Below are positions 10,382 through 19,964 of a stretch of DNA of 64,000 nt, piece by piece (position 1 is the stretch's first letter; the number at the start of each line of letters is the position of its first letter). Below the pieces are notes generated by a model that searched no databases, was not told the DNA's origin, and saw only the letters and a list, made by a program, of their open reading frames with translations. A program made the translations under genes and the position numbers. Source of the DNA: Roseivirga sp. UBA6052 (lineage in GTDB: Bacteria > Bacteroidota > Bacteroidia > Cytophagales > Cyclobacteriaceae); the NCBI GenBank assembly GCA_002427755.1, contig DIYO01000007.1, positions 6,633 to 70,632 on the forward strand, given 5' to 3'.

Positions 10382-10786
10382 ATGAACTCGTACAAAAATG
10401 AAAAGACATATAAGCCCAGAGTCCTCATAGTAGATGATAATGTGATTAGCTACAGATTGCTCGAATGGTGGTGTAAAAAGTGGGGTTATGATTATGATGT
10501 AGCCACGAACGGAAAAGAAGCAATGGAACTTCTTCCTAACAAAGTATATGATGTTGTTCTCATGGACATCTTACTACCCGACACCAATGGTGTAGATCTT
10601 AGAAAAAAGATTTTAGCACAAAGGCCTTTGTTACCTGTAATATTCCAAAGTGGGTACGCACAGCATGAAAAAATCGAAAGACTCAATCCATTAGATAGCT
10701 ACCTGAGAAAGCCATTCTTACCAGAAGAATTGCATGTAACAATGGATGCTAAGCTTACAAGACCTGCTTTAATGCAAATTGCGTAA
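10382..10786 (+). CDS. Single-domain response regulator
   Basis: IVDDN, LMDI (phospho-Asp), LRKP; no output domain. Confidence 0.88.
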   Translation: MNSYKNEKTYKPRVLIVDDNVISYRLLEWWCKKWGYDYDVATNGKEAMELLPNKVYDVVLMDILLPDTNGVDLRKKILAQRPLLPVIFQSGYAQHEKIERLNPLDSYLRKPFLPEELHVTMDAKLTRPALMQIA

Positions 10787-10789
10787 GTA

Positions 10790-12364
10790 CTACTCAACTT
10801 TTATCAGACTCATTGGAATTCTATTATCATAATAGAATTCTTTTATTACTTCATAGTTCGTGAAATCCTTAAGGTCATCATCATAGCAGATGATGTAGCC
10901 ATCAATAATCTTATCAGTAGAATAGACTATATCATTTCTCTCTCGCTCTAAGTAGAAAACAATGGTATAGGACATTCTTAAATCTTTATATCGTAAAAGC
11001 TCCTCTCCATGGGTAATTTCAGCCATCTGAAGGGCCATTGCCTTGTCTTTGGCCGCTCCAGTTGTCAATTGTCTAGATGGAGGAAAAACAGAAGACATAC
11101 CGAATTTCAAAAACACAAAAAACAACAAGAACAAGACATATGGGCGAACCTCTTTTTTGAACCACAGTCCATAAATCAATATAGCTCCTACGCCTAAAAC
11201 AGTACTCAGCAAATCTAACCTAGGAATTACTTCTAGTTCCTCAACAAAGTGAATACCTATTGATGCAACAACCAGAATCGTAGCGCAAACCAGTACAAAG
11301 TACTTTAAGAAAATGGACCAAAAATTTGAACGAAGATTAACTGATAGATAAGTAAGAGATATTGCGGCAAAAGGAAATATCGGATAAATATATCGTGACT
11401 TTGCCTCTGTAGAAATCCAGTATAATGGAAAATTGAAAACGAAAATCAACACACAGAACCAAATGAATTTATTTTCCTTCAGAATGCTTTTACTGCCTTT
11501 CAAGAATAATAACGGAATAAAAAAGCTCACTGGAATTAGATTCTTCAGTGTATCTATGGGAAACGTTAAAAGCTGATGAATTACAGCAGATATCCCACCA
11601 CTAGTGGCTTTATCCGAAGATTCAGATATAAGCGTTGACCACCACCCGGATACGTCCTCATACTGACTGTAGGTATAGAAATAACCAAACAGCGAAAGGG
11701 CAAGTAAAAGAATTCCAAAAACATGTTGAATACCCAAAAGTCTCCTGAAATCTTTTTTCCAAATGAAGTAAACCAATAGACTAATTGCGGTGTAAGGCAA
11801 TGACGTTAGTCCCTTAGTCAGAAAACCAATAGCTGTTAGCAAATAGACAGTAAGAAATAGATACCAATATTGCTTTCGCTCTCCAAAAACATAGATCAGG
11901 AAGATCGAACTCGATGTTACAAGGGAGTAAAACAGGTCTATTTCTCCAATAGTGGAATAAGAGAGTAGAATATCTACAAGTAATACGAATCCTGCTGAAG
12001 CAAATAAGGCTACTTCCCTATTCACATACTTTTTAGTGAGTTGGAATACCATTAGAGAAGAAACCAAATGGCTCAAGACAGAGAAAAATCTGGTTGCAAA
12101 TTCATTAGCTTCTCCAAATAGATTGTATGAAAGAAGAAGGACCCAATTATAGACAGGTGGTTTGCGATAGTACAAATCTCCTGTTTGGGTAGGTACCCAG
12201 AGATTATCATTGATTAGCATTTCCAAGGCTATGAGCCCCCTTCTTGGCTCCTCCAAATACAAAGGATAAATGCCAAGATTGTAGAAAAAGGCAAAAAGTA
12301 ATAAGCCTCCTCCCGTGTAAAAAATGAGATTCTCTGTTTTATTGAATGGCTCTTGCCCAATCAT
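10790..12364 (-). CDS. ArnT/PMT-like (GT-C fold) integral membrane glycosyltransferase
   Basis: EEPRRGLIALEM, YYRKPPVYNW, FLTKG; many TM segments. Confidence 0.8.
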   Translation of the reverse strand: MIGQEPFNKTENLIFYTGGGLLLFAFFYNLGIYPLYLEEPRRGLIALEMLINDNLWVPTQTGDLYYRKPPVYNWVLLLSYNLFGEANEFATRFFSVLSHLVSSLMVFQLTKKYVNREVALFASAGFVLLVDILLSYSTIGEIDLFYSLVTSSSIFLIYVFGERKQYWYLFLTVYLLTAIGFLTKGLTSLPYTAISLLVYFIWKKDFRRLLGIQHVFGILLLALSLFGYFYTYSQYEDVSGWWSTLISESSDKATSGGISAVIHQLLTFPIDTLKNLIPVSFFIPLLFLKGSKSILKENKFIWFCVLIFVFNFPLYWISTEAKSRYIYPIFPFAAISLTYLSVNLRSNFWSIFLKYFVLVCATILVVASIGIHFVEELEVIPRLDLLSTVLGVGAILIYGLWFKKEVRPYVLFLLFFVFLKFGMSSVFPPSRQLTTGAAKDKAMALQMAEITHGEELLRYKDLRMSYTIVFYLERERNDIVYSTDKIIDGYIICYDDDLKDFTNYEVIKEFYYDNRIPMSLIKVE

Positions 12365-12421
12365 GCCTCAAAACTAACAGTTCGATATTAAGCTAAACCC
12401 TTTTAATGATTATTTTCGCGC

Positions 12422-13603
12422 ATGAATTCGAAAGAGATCTTTCTTAATCACTTGGCCCAAACCTCCCCTTTCCCACTTCAAATTGAAGTAAGCCATGCTG
12501 AAGGCTCTCTAATCTATGATTCAAATGGCAAGTCGTATTACGATTTAATTTCTGGTATAGCGGTAACCAACATTGGCCATAGACATCCTAAAGTGGTGAG
12601 TGCCATAAAAGATCAATTAGATAAGTACATGCATGTAATGGCTTATGGAGAATTCATCCAATCACCACAAAATGATTTAGCTAAGAAACTGAGTACTTTA
12701 CTTCCCGAGACTTTATCAACAGCATACTTTGTAAATAGTGGTACAGAAGCCAATGAAGGAGCGCTCAAGCTAGCAAAGCGTGTAACAGGAAGAACAGAAA
12801 TTGTTTCTTGCAAAAAGAGTTATCACGGAAGCACCCATGGTTCATTAAGTGTTTCCGGAAATGAGGTGAAAAAGTATGCCTTTAGGCCTTTACTTCCTGA
12901 TGTTAAGTTCATGGAATTCAACAAGGTTGAAGACCTGAACCTGATTACAAACAAAACAGCTGCGGTAATTATTGAACCGATTCAAGGTGATGCAGGTGTA
13001 CGAATTCCTAACAAAGAATATTTAGTAGCCCTGAGAGATAGATGTACTGAAACAGGAGCTCAATTGATATTCGATGAAATTCAAACAGGCTTTGGAAGAA
13101 CTGGAGAGTTTTTCGCTTTTCAGCATTATGGTGTTATACCTGATATTCTCACCATAGCTAAAGCATTTGGTGGCGGAATGCCCATAGGTGCCTTTATTAG
13201 TAGTAAAGAAAAGATGAACCTCTTCACGTTTAATCCAATGTTAGGACATATCACAACATTCGGAGGACATCCCGTGAACTGTGCTGCTGCGTTAGCCAAT
13301 ATCAAGGTAATTGAGGAAGAATCTCTAGTCAGTGATGTGGAAAGGAAAGGGCAACTACTAGAAAATGAGATCAGTCATCCCAGCATTGTAGAAATAAGAC
13401 GAAAAGGCTTAATGTTTGCTATCGAATTTGAGACTCCTGAAAAAGTGCAAAAAATAGTAGAGAGGTGCCTGGAACTTGGGGTGATCACTTTTTGGTTCCT
13501 TTCTTGTCCTGAAAGCTTTAGACTTGCTCCTCCCATTAACATTTCAGACGAAGAAATCACACATGCCGGTAGACTGATTCATCAAGCAATTAATGAGGCA
13601 TAA
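12422..13603 (+). CDS. Class III PLP aminotransferase (acetylornithine aminotransferase-like)
   Basis: NSGTEANE, YHGST, IEPIQGD, FDEIQTGFGRTG, PLP lysine in TIAKAFGGG. Confidence 0.9.
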   Translation: MNSKEIFLNHLAQTSPFPLQIEVSHAEGSLIYDSNGKSYYDLISGIAVTNIGHRHPKVVSAIKDQLDKYMHVMAYGEFIQSPQNDLAKKLSTLLPETLSTAYFVNSGTEANEGALKLAKRVTGRTEIVSCKKSYHGSTHGSLSVSGNEVKKYAFRPLLPDVKFMEFNKVEDLNLITNKTAAVIIEPIQGDAGVRIPNKEYLVALRDRCTETGAQLIFDEIQTGFGRTGEFFAFQHYGVIPDILTIAKAFGGGMPIGAFISSKEKMNLFTFNPMLGHITTFGGHPVNCAAALANIKVIEEESLVSDVERKGQLLENEISHPSIVEIRRKGLMFAIEFETPEKVQKIVERCLELGVITFWFLSCPESFRLAPPINISDEEITHAGRLIHQAINEA

Positions 13604-13623
13604 AAAAAGCCGCTAAGCGGCTT
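13602..13623 (-). terminator. Terminator hairpin between convergent genes
   Basis: AAGCCGC-TAA-GCGGCTT with an A7 run on its left (a U-tract on the minus strand). Confidence 0.7.
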
Positions 13624-13626
13624 CAA

Positions 13627-14148
13627 CTAGAAATTTCCATTCTTTACTCGAGCACCATAATCACTCTGACTTAGGATTTTTACCTTATCAGAGCCTGAGA
13701 TCACATAATCCACACGAAACTTACTCATATCTTGAATACTACCATAACAGATTAGCAACTGGGCCTCACAACCTAAGGTGATACATCTTTCTACCTCTTG
13801 ATCTCTGATAGCAATATTTATAGGCTCAGCGTCTGCTCTTGCCAGTACAATACCAGAATTACCAGCCTCAATCGCCTTAAAGGGATAGATGTGGTACTCA
13901 GGGCCCAATTTCTCTACTTGAAAATTCTTTAGATCAAGTTTCTTGTCATCCCCTTCTGCAAGTAGTGTCACATATCCATCTTTTACAGCTAATGCAGCAT
14001 TCTCAACGAATTCGTCATTACCCAAGTGAACGGTAGCACCCAGTAATAATCTCCCATTTGTTGATTCTCTATAGTTAACTGCATTGCTTTCTAAGCAACC
14101 CGAAAGAACTATGATGAATAACGCTAATAAAGCAATTGATTTTTTCAT
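13627..14148 (-). CDS. Lipoprotein resembling a stand-alone amidohydrolase composite beta-sandwich (no TIM barrel)
   Basis: Lipobox LSGC. GATVHLGNDEFVENAALAVKDG...HIYP and CITLGCEAQLLICYGSIQDM resemble the N- and C-terminal halves of the amidohydrolase small domain. Confidence 0.6.
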   Translation of the reverse strand: MKKSIALLALFIIVLSGCLESNAVNYRESTNGRLLLGATVHLGNDEFVENAALAVKDGYVTLLAEGDDKKLDLKNFQVEKLGPEYHIYPFKAIEAGNSGIVLARADAEPINIAIRDQEVERCITLGCEAQLLICYGSIQDMSKFRVDYVISGSDKVKILSQSDYGARVKNGNF

Positions 14149-14209
14149 ATCTCCTCAATAATCATAAATCATATACAAGCATATGATTCACAGGCACTTC
14201 TAATCAAAT

Positions 14210-14746
14210 TTAAGAAATTTTCTCGATCACTAGATTGTGGTTGGTGTAGATGCAAATATCAGCAGCGATATTTAAACTCTTCTCAACTATGTCTCTAGCA
14301 TCAAGACTAGAATGTTCCACTAGAGCTTGAGCGGCAGCTTGAGCATACATACTACCTGAACCAATAGCGGCAATACCATTGTCTGGCTCAAGTACATCGC
14401 CAGTACCACTAAGTATTAAGATATCTTCTTTATCTGCCACAATTAGCATAGATTCTAGCTTTCTAAGGTATCGATCCATTCGCCAATCTTTTGCCAGTTC
14501 GATTGCCGCTCTTTTCATATTACCGCCATAAGCGCTTAGCTTTTCATCGAAACGCTCTAATAGAGTAAATGCATCGGCTGTAGAACCTGCGAATCCGGTT
14601 ACAATATTGCCATCCTGAAGCTTTCTAATCTTCTTTACATTACTCTTAGCAACAGTATTGCCCATTGTAGCCTGTCCATCTGCACCAATTGCAATAGATC
14701 CATTATGCTTAACTGCTAATACTGTTGTCGATTTTATCTTTGTCAT
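14210..14746 (-). CDS. hslV: ATP-dependent protease subunit HslV
   Basis: STTVLAV...[35 protein letters not shown] 14746 preferred. Confidence 0.96.
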   Translation of the reverse strand: MTKIKSTTVLAVKHNGSIAIGADGQATMGNTVAKSNVKKIRKLQDGNIVTGFAGSTADAFTLLERFDEKLSAYGGNMKRAAIELAKDWRMDRYLRKLESMLIVADKEDILILSGTGDVLEPDNGIAAIGSGSMYAQAAAQALVEHSSLDARDIVEKSLNIAADICIYTNHNLVIEKIS

Positions 14747-14767
14747 ATCTTTTTCTCTTTTAAAACA

Positions 14768-14796
14768 AGAAAGTCCCGATATCAACGGGACTTTCT
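14768..14796 (-). terminator. Terminator hairpin downstream of pdhC
   Basis: Perfect 11-bp stem AGAAAGTCCCG/CGGGACTTTCT. Confidence 0.75.
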
Positions 14797-14817
14797 AACA
14801 TCAGGTTTAATTCTTTA

Positions 14818-16473
14818 TTAAACCAATATTCTCACAGGATCTTCTAGCAATCCTTTAAAGGTCTGTAAGAAGGCCGAACCTACTGCGCCATCTACCACTC
14901 TGTGGTCACATGAAAGCGTTACTTTCATTATGTTACCAATAGCCAACTGCCCATCTTTAACCACTGCAGTTTGTTTAATACCTCCTACTGCCATAATACA
15001 AGCATCAGGTGGATTGATAATGGCCGTAAATTCTTCTATACCAAACATCCCTAAATTGGAAATTGTGAATGTATTACCACTCATTTCCTCCGGAGTTAGT
15101 TTCTTGTTCTTAGCCTTACCACCCAATTCTTTTACCTCCGCAGAAATATGAGAAAGTGGCTTGTTATCAGCAAATCTCACTACAGGAACAAGTAACCCCT
15201 CATCAACAGCAACTGCCACACCAATATGAATGTGATGATTAATTCTGATTTTATCTTCCAACCAAGAAGAATTCACCTGTGGGTGCTTTCTTAATGCTGC
15301 AGCTGCCGCTTTCAAAACCATATCATTAAACGAAATTTTGACAGGCGAAATTTCATTCATACTCTTACGTGCCTCGATCGCCTTATCCATGTTGATTTCC
15401 ATGGTCAAGTAGAAATGAGGTGCTGTAAATTTACTTTCAGCCAAACGCTTAGCAATTACTTTACGCATCTGAGAGACTCTCATCTCTTCGAAGCTCTCCT
15501 CACCTACAATCGTAGGAAGTGCGATTGGCGCTGGAGAATCACTTCCAGATACAGCAGGAGCAGCACTTGGAGCAGGAGCAGCTTGAGGAACATAATTCTC
15601 TATATCTCTCTTAACAACTCTACCTCCATCACCAGAACCTTGAACCTGATTGATGTTTATGCCTTTCTCTTCAGCCATTTTCTTGGCTAAAGGCGAAGCT
15701 TTAACTCTTCCATTTGAACTTACAACAGGAGCTGACTCTTGAGGGGCGGGAGCTGCCGCTGGTGCCGCTTCTGCTACTGGAGCAGGAGCCGCTGCCGGAG
15801 CTTCCGCTGCTGGCGCCTCATTAGTTACCGGTTGTGCATCTGCTTTAATTAACGATTCGTAATCTGCACCTGCTTCACCAACAATTGCCAAAATACCATC
15901 TACAGCAACTGCTTCACCTTCTGCAGCGCCAAGATAAAGTACCGTACCATCGTTGTAAGATTCATATTCCATGGTGGCTTTGTCGGTTTCAACTTCGGCC
16001 ATCAATTCTCCTGACTCAACGGTATCTCCTACTTTTTTGTGCCATGAAGCAATGATGCCCTCTTCCATGGTATCACTCATTTTTGGCATTCTTACAATTT
16101 CAGCATTGATACCGCTTGTGTCTATTGACTCAGCTGCTGGAGCTGCAGCAGGAGCTTCTGCTTGTTCTTCTTTCTTTTCTGATGCACCGTTATCAGAACT
16201 TGAAGCATCGGCTAAAAGAGCTTGATATTCCTCTCCTTCTTCACCAACAATGGCTAAAACGCCATCAACTGCCACAGGTTCGCCTTCCGCTGCACCTAAA
16301 TATAATACCGTACCATCGTTGTAAGATTCGTAATCCATAGTCGCCTTATCTGTCTCGATTTCAGCCATTAATTCACCGGATTCCACCTTATCTCCAACTT
16401 TTTTATGCCATACTGCGATAACACCTTCTTCCATGGTGTCACTCATCTTGGGCATCTTTACGATCTCAGCCAT
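14818..16473 (-). CDS. pdhC: Pyruvate dehydrogenase E2 dihydrolipoamide acetyltransferase, two lipoyl domains
   Basis: Two ETDKATM lipoyl motifs, Ala/Pro linkers, KASPLAKK E3-binding segment, DHRVVDG. Confidence 0.96.
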   Translation of the reverse strand: MAEIVKMPKMSDTMEEGVIAVWHKKVGDKVESGELMAEIETDKATMDYESYNDGTVLYLGAAEGEPVAVDGVLAIVGEEGEEYQALLADASSSDNGASEKKEEQAEAPAAAPAAESIDTSGINAEIVRMPKMSDTMEEGIIASWHKKVGDTVESGELMAEVETDKATMEYESYNDGTVLYLGAAEGEAVAVDGILAIVGEAGADYESLIKADAQPVTNEAPAAEAPAAAPAPVAEAAPAAAPAPQESAPVVSSNGRVKASPLAKKMAEEKGININQVQGSGDGGRVVKRDIENYVPQAAPAPSAAPAVSGSDSPAPIALPTIVGEESFEEMRVSQMRKVIAKRLAESKFTAPHFYLTMEINMDKAIEARKSMNEISPVKISFNDMVLKAAAAALRKHPQVNSSWLEDKIRINHHIHIGVAVAVDEGLLVPVVRFADNKPLSHISAEVKELGGKAKNKKLTPEEMSGNTFTISNLGMFGIEEFTAIINPPDACIMAVGGIKQTAVVKDGQLAIGNIMKVTLSCDHRVVDGAVGSAFLQTFKGLLEDPVRILV

Positions 16474-16664
16474 ATATCTTCCTAAAATTTGAGCACCAAA
16501 AATAGCTTTAAATGCCTCTTAATTCAAATAATACAAATGCTATTCTTTGCAAGTAAAATTGATTGATTCCTGCAATCGATTGTAAACTTAAAAGTCTTTT
16601 CGCCACTTAATAAGTTCCATTGGTTTTTTTGATCGACTTGGGTTAAATTTCAGAAAACTAATCC

Positions 16665-17363
16665 ATGCAGATCAACTACTCGGTCGCTTCTGAAGCGCAA
16701 CTTATTGCTGAACACTTTGAAGTTCAGGTTGATGATAAATACCATGCTACCTATAATGCTCACCCAACCAACAGCTTGCCCGTAATAACAAGCGTTCACC
16801 CAGAAGAGATTTCTTATTTTCATTGGGGTATTAATCCAGGCTTTACCAAAAGCAAAAGCGTAAGTGCTAAACTCCTATATGCACCGATTGAAGATATTAC
16901 CAGCAAACCGAGTTTAAGAAAAAATTTAGCACACCAGCGGTGTGTAATTATAGCCGACAGCTTCTATGCATGGCAAGAAGTGGCAAAAAAGGAACAAATC
17001 CCTTATCGTTTTCATCTTCAGAATAACTCCTTGTTTGGTATTGCCGGTCTTTGGGATTTTCATGAAACAGAAGAGGGAGAAACGATTAGAACCTTTATGA
17101 TGATCACAAGAGAGTCGCTACCATCGGTTAAAAAGGTCACAGATAGAATGCCTGCCATATTGAATGAGGATTTTCTTATCGAGTGGTTAAATGATGCCCA
17201 TACTGCAGATAGTGTTTTAGACTACGTGAGGCCTTTTACTGATGAAGAAATCATCAATTACACTGTAAACCCTAAACTTGCCGATCCTGAATTTAATTCA
17301 AAGGCACTATGGGAAAAGGTTCCACCTGCAAACCAATTTGGAAATCTGACTTTATTCAACTAG
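16665..17363 (+). CDS. SRAP/YedK (HMCES) family protein with catalytic residues substituted
   Basis: YNAHPT, HWG, RCVIIADSFY.W, LFGIAGLWD, DRMPAIL. Confidence 0.85.
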   Translation: MQINYSVASEAQLIAEHFEVQVDDKYHATYNAHPTNSLPVITSVHPEEISYFHWGINPGFTKSKSVSAKLLYAPIEDITSKPSLRKNLAHQRCVIIADSFYAWQEVAKKEQIPYRFHLQNNSLFGIAGLWDFHETEEGETIRTFMMITRESLPSVKKVTDRMPAILNEDFLIEWLNDAHTADSVLDYVRPFTDEEIINYTVNPKLADPEFNSKALWEKVPPANQFGNLTLFN

Positions 17364-18118
17364 TCAGCCATAGAGAGGCGATTGACTTCGATATTTTCAA
17401 TTTTAATATCTGAAACCAGTTCTAGCTCACCTATTTCATAGGCATAGTCTAGTTCTTGAACTGGGAAGTCTTTATCTATTGTATAGTTTTTGTAGTCTTG
17501 AAAGCGAATACCACCTACTTCGCGTGCATTATAAGCCTCTCTAAACCTTACGCCTCCTCCATTCACATAGAATCCGTAGGCGAAATAATCGATCGTATAA
17601 TCTTCTTTATGAATCCAGTAGATATAAACATTTTCGAAATCTTCTCCCCCACTATTTTCACCAAAAGTGATTTCTACCTTATGATAAGGTTCACCCTTGA
17701 TCTCAACCGCTTTCATTAACTGTCTATTGACTACGGGGTCATCTAAATTGAAAGGAAGTAATGCGAAATAGATAACTGAATTAGTGGCTCTTTGGTAAGT
17801 TCTTCTGTTTTCTCTTTCTAATCGAATCTCTTTATCATCGATCATTCGCTTAAACTTATTATTAGACCAAACATCGGTTACCATGCCATCATTCGAGCGA
17901 AAAGTACGTTCATATACATATTCACCTTTACTAATCTTGGCTGTAAAATGACGATTTCTGAAATCGAACTGAACTTCCATGTTATCATAAAGTTCACCTC
18001 CATGTTTTGCAATGGCCTTTTCAATAATATCATCTGCCGTGAGCTCTTGAGGAGTTTCATTACAACTCCAGCATAAAATTGAGCAAAGTGCAAAAGCCAA
18101 AAATCCGAACTGTCTCAT
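17360..18118 (-). CDS. Conserved Bacteroidota lipoprotein (DUF6503-like)
   Basis: Lipobox CWSC; AIAKHGG, FDFRNRH, SVIYFALLPFNLDD, GGVRFR. Confidence 0.7.
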   Translation of the reverse strand: MRQFGFLAFALCSILCWSCNETPQELTADDIIEKAIAKHGGELYDNMEVQFDFRNRHFTAKISKGEYVYERTFRSNDGMVTDVWSNNKFKRMIDDKEIRLERENRRTYQRATNSVIYFALLPFNLDDPVVNRQLMKAVEIKGEPYHKVEITFGENSGGEDFENVYIYWIHKEDYTIDYFAYGFYVNGGGVRFREAYNAREVGGIRFQDYKNYTIDKDFPVQELDYAYEIGELELVSDIKIENIEVNRLSMAD

Positions 18119-18336
18119 TTAATCAGAAATCCCTATCGCTACTGTTACGAATTAATGAAAAAGAGGTTGTTCTTTTTTATTAATCCTCTGTTCTATCAAT
18201 CAGTAAGATGTTATTTCTTTTTTTGACTCCTTTTCAATTTTGGAATAATTGTAAAAAACCGTGACGAATGGTTAACAAAATGTATCTATTTAGATTTATT
18301 TAAATTGCCCAACAGTAATAAGGAGACTCATTAGAA

Positions 18337-19338
18337 ATGGAATTGAAAAGATCTAAAATAACTGGCATGGGTCACTATACACCGGAAAATATAGTGACTA
18401 ATGAAGACTTGGTTCAAATTATGGACACAAGTAATGAATGGATCGTTGAGAGAACAGGTATAGAGCAAAGAAGATGGTTCAATCCGGATAAAGACACTGT
18501 ATCTAACATGGCCACAAACGCAGCCAAAATGGCTATCGATAGAGCTGGTATTGAAACAAAGGATATTGAGTTTATCGTGTTCGCAACGATTACCCCTGAC
18601 TACTTCTTTCCTGGTTCGGGTGTTTTAATGCAACGTGAATTGGGCCTACAGGGTATTGGTGCTATCGACATTAGAAACGCTTGTAGTGGTTTTATCTATG
18701 CCTTATCTGTTGCCGATCAGTTTGTTAAAACAGGTATGTACAAAACTGTTTTGGTGGTAGGTTCTGAAATTCAGTCTTCAGCTCTTGATAAATCTACTGA
18801 AGGTAGATCAAGTTCTGTGATATTTGCTGATGGCGCAGGAGCAGCAATCGTTCAAGCTTCAGAAGATCAATCTGGTATACTCTCTACTCATTTGCATGCA
18901 GATGGTGACCATGCCGAAGAACTATACGTAAAAGACCCCGGTTCAAGTAGAAAAGTAAGGCTATCTAAAGAGTTAATAGAGGGTAAAACCTTCAATCTCA
19001 CCATGAATGGCAATGCTGTTTTCAAGCATGCTGTAGTAAGATTTAGTGAAGTAATTAATGAAGCGCTTGAGGCAAATGGAAAGAGTAAGGAGGACATAGA
19101 CCTGTTAATCCCTCATCAAGCCAATTTGAGAATCAGCAATTTCGTCCAGAAGCAGTTTGCTCTATCTGACGAAAAAGTCTACAATAATATTATGACTGTT
19201 GGGAATACAACAGCCGCCTCTATCCCAATTGCCATGAGCCAAGCTTGGGAAGAAGGAAGATTCAAAGAAGGAGACTTAATTTGTCTAGCAGCTTTCGGAT
19301 CAGGGTTTACTTGGGCAAGTGCACTAATTCAATGGTAG
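18337..19338 (+). CDS. fabH: 3-oxoacyl-ACP synthase III family
   Basis: Cys-His-Asn triad: NACSGF, PHQAN, GNTTAASIP; FGSGFTW. Confidence 0.92.
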   Translation: MELKRSKITGMGHYTPENIVTNEDLVQIMDTSNEWIVERTGIEQRRWFNPDKDTVSNMATNAAKMAIDRAGIETKDIEFIVFATITPDYFFPGSGVLMQRELGLQGIGAIDIRNACSGFIYALSVADQFVKTGMYKTVLVVGSEIQSSALDKSTEGRSSSVIFADGAGAAIVQASEDQSGILSTHLHADGDHAEELYVKDPGSSRKVRLSKELIEGKTFNLTMNGNAVFKHAVVRFSEVINEALEANGKSKEDIDLLIPHQANLRISNFVQKQFALSDEKVYNNIMTVGNTTAASIPIAMSQAWEEGRFKEGDLICLAAFGSGFTWASALIQW

Positions 19339-19908
19339 ATGAATCAAAAGCTTCTAGATTTTCTTCAAAACAAAGAGAACTTTAACACCAAAAACGAGAT
19401 AGATGAGGAGATTACGAATCTCCTTTATTCTTTTCAAAGAGAGTTAGATGCCATTCTAGATTCTGGAAGTCACACCGCAAAATTTCTGCGCAGTAAACAA
19501 ACGGGCAAGGTTTCTAAAGGGAATAACCACTATGGCTATCCCTACCAAGTTTTAGATTATTCAGCTTTATTATCACGAGAGGCGAGCTTTTCTTTTAGAA
19601 CGAGTGTTTGGTATGGCAACCACTTTTCTTTTGCATTAATCCTTTCGGGACATTTTTTAAAGGAGATAAAAGTAGAATACAACAAACTCGCGAGAGAAGA
19701 TTATTTATTTACCATAGACGAAAACATCTGGGAAACAGACTTTAAGAAAACACACCATCAAGAATTAGAAAGCGTACCAGAAGCTGGTTTTTATGAATTA
19801 CTGAGTAAAACCAATCAAATAAAGATTTTTAAACACTTTTCTCTGAACCAAACCCCTAGTCTTATCCGTTTAGGAATTGAGAGTTTCAAATCATTACTAA
19901 TTCAATAA
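19339..19908 (+). CDS. Conserved hypothetical protein
   Basis: Open frame abutting the fabH stop; KVSKGNNHYGYPYQVLDY...FRTSVWYGNHFS motif. Confidence 0.7.
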   Translation: MNQKLLDFLQNKENFNTKNEIDEEITNLLYSFQRELDAILDSGSHTAKFLRSKQTGKVSKGNNHYGYPYQVLDYSALLSREASFSFRTSVWYGNHFSFALILSGHFLKEIKVEYNKLAREDYLFTIDENIWETDFKKTHHQELESVPEAGFYELLSKTNQIKIFKHFSLNQTPSLIRLGIESFKSLLIQ

Positions 19909-19964
19909 ATAATTGGAATAGATTTTGATAACCTGATTATATCTCAACTAAAAGAAATAGTCTA

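Noticed and set aside
14210-14746. hslV without an adjacent hslU
   Set aside because: hslU may simply be elsewhere in the genome; separation alone is not evidence of novelty.
18151-18184. 14-bp AT-rich inverted repeat upstream of fabH
   Set aside because: Almost all A/T and plausible by chance; no second copy seen.
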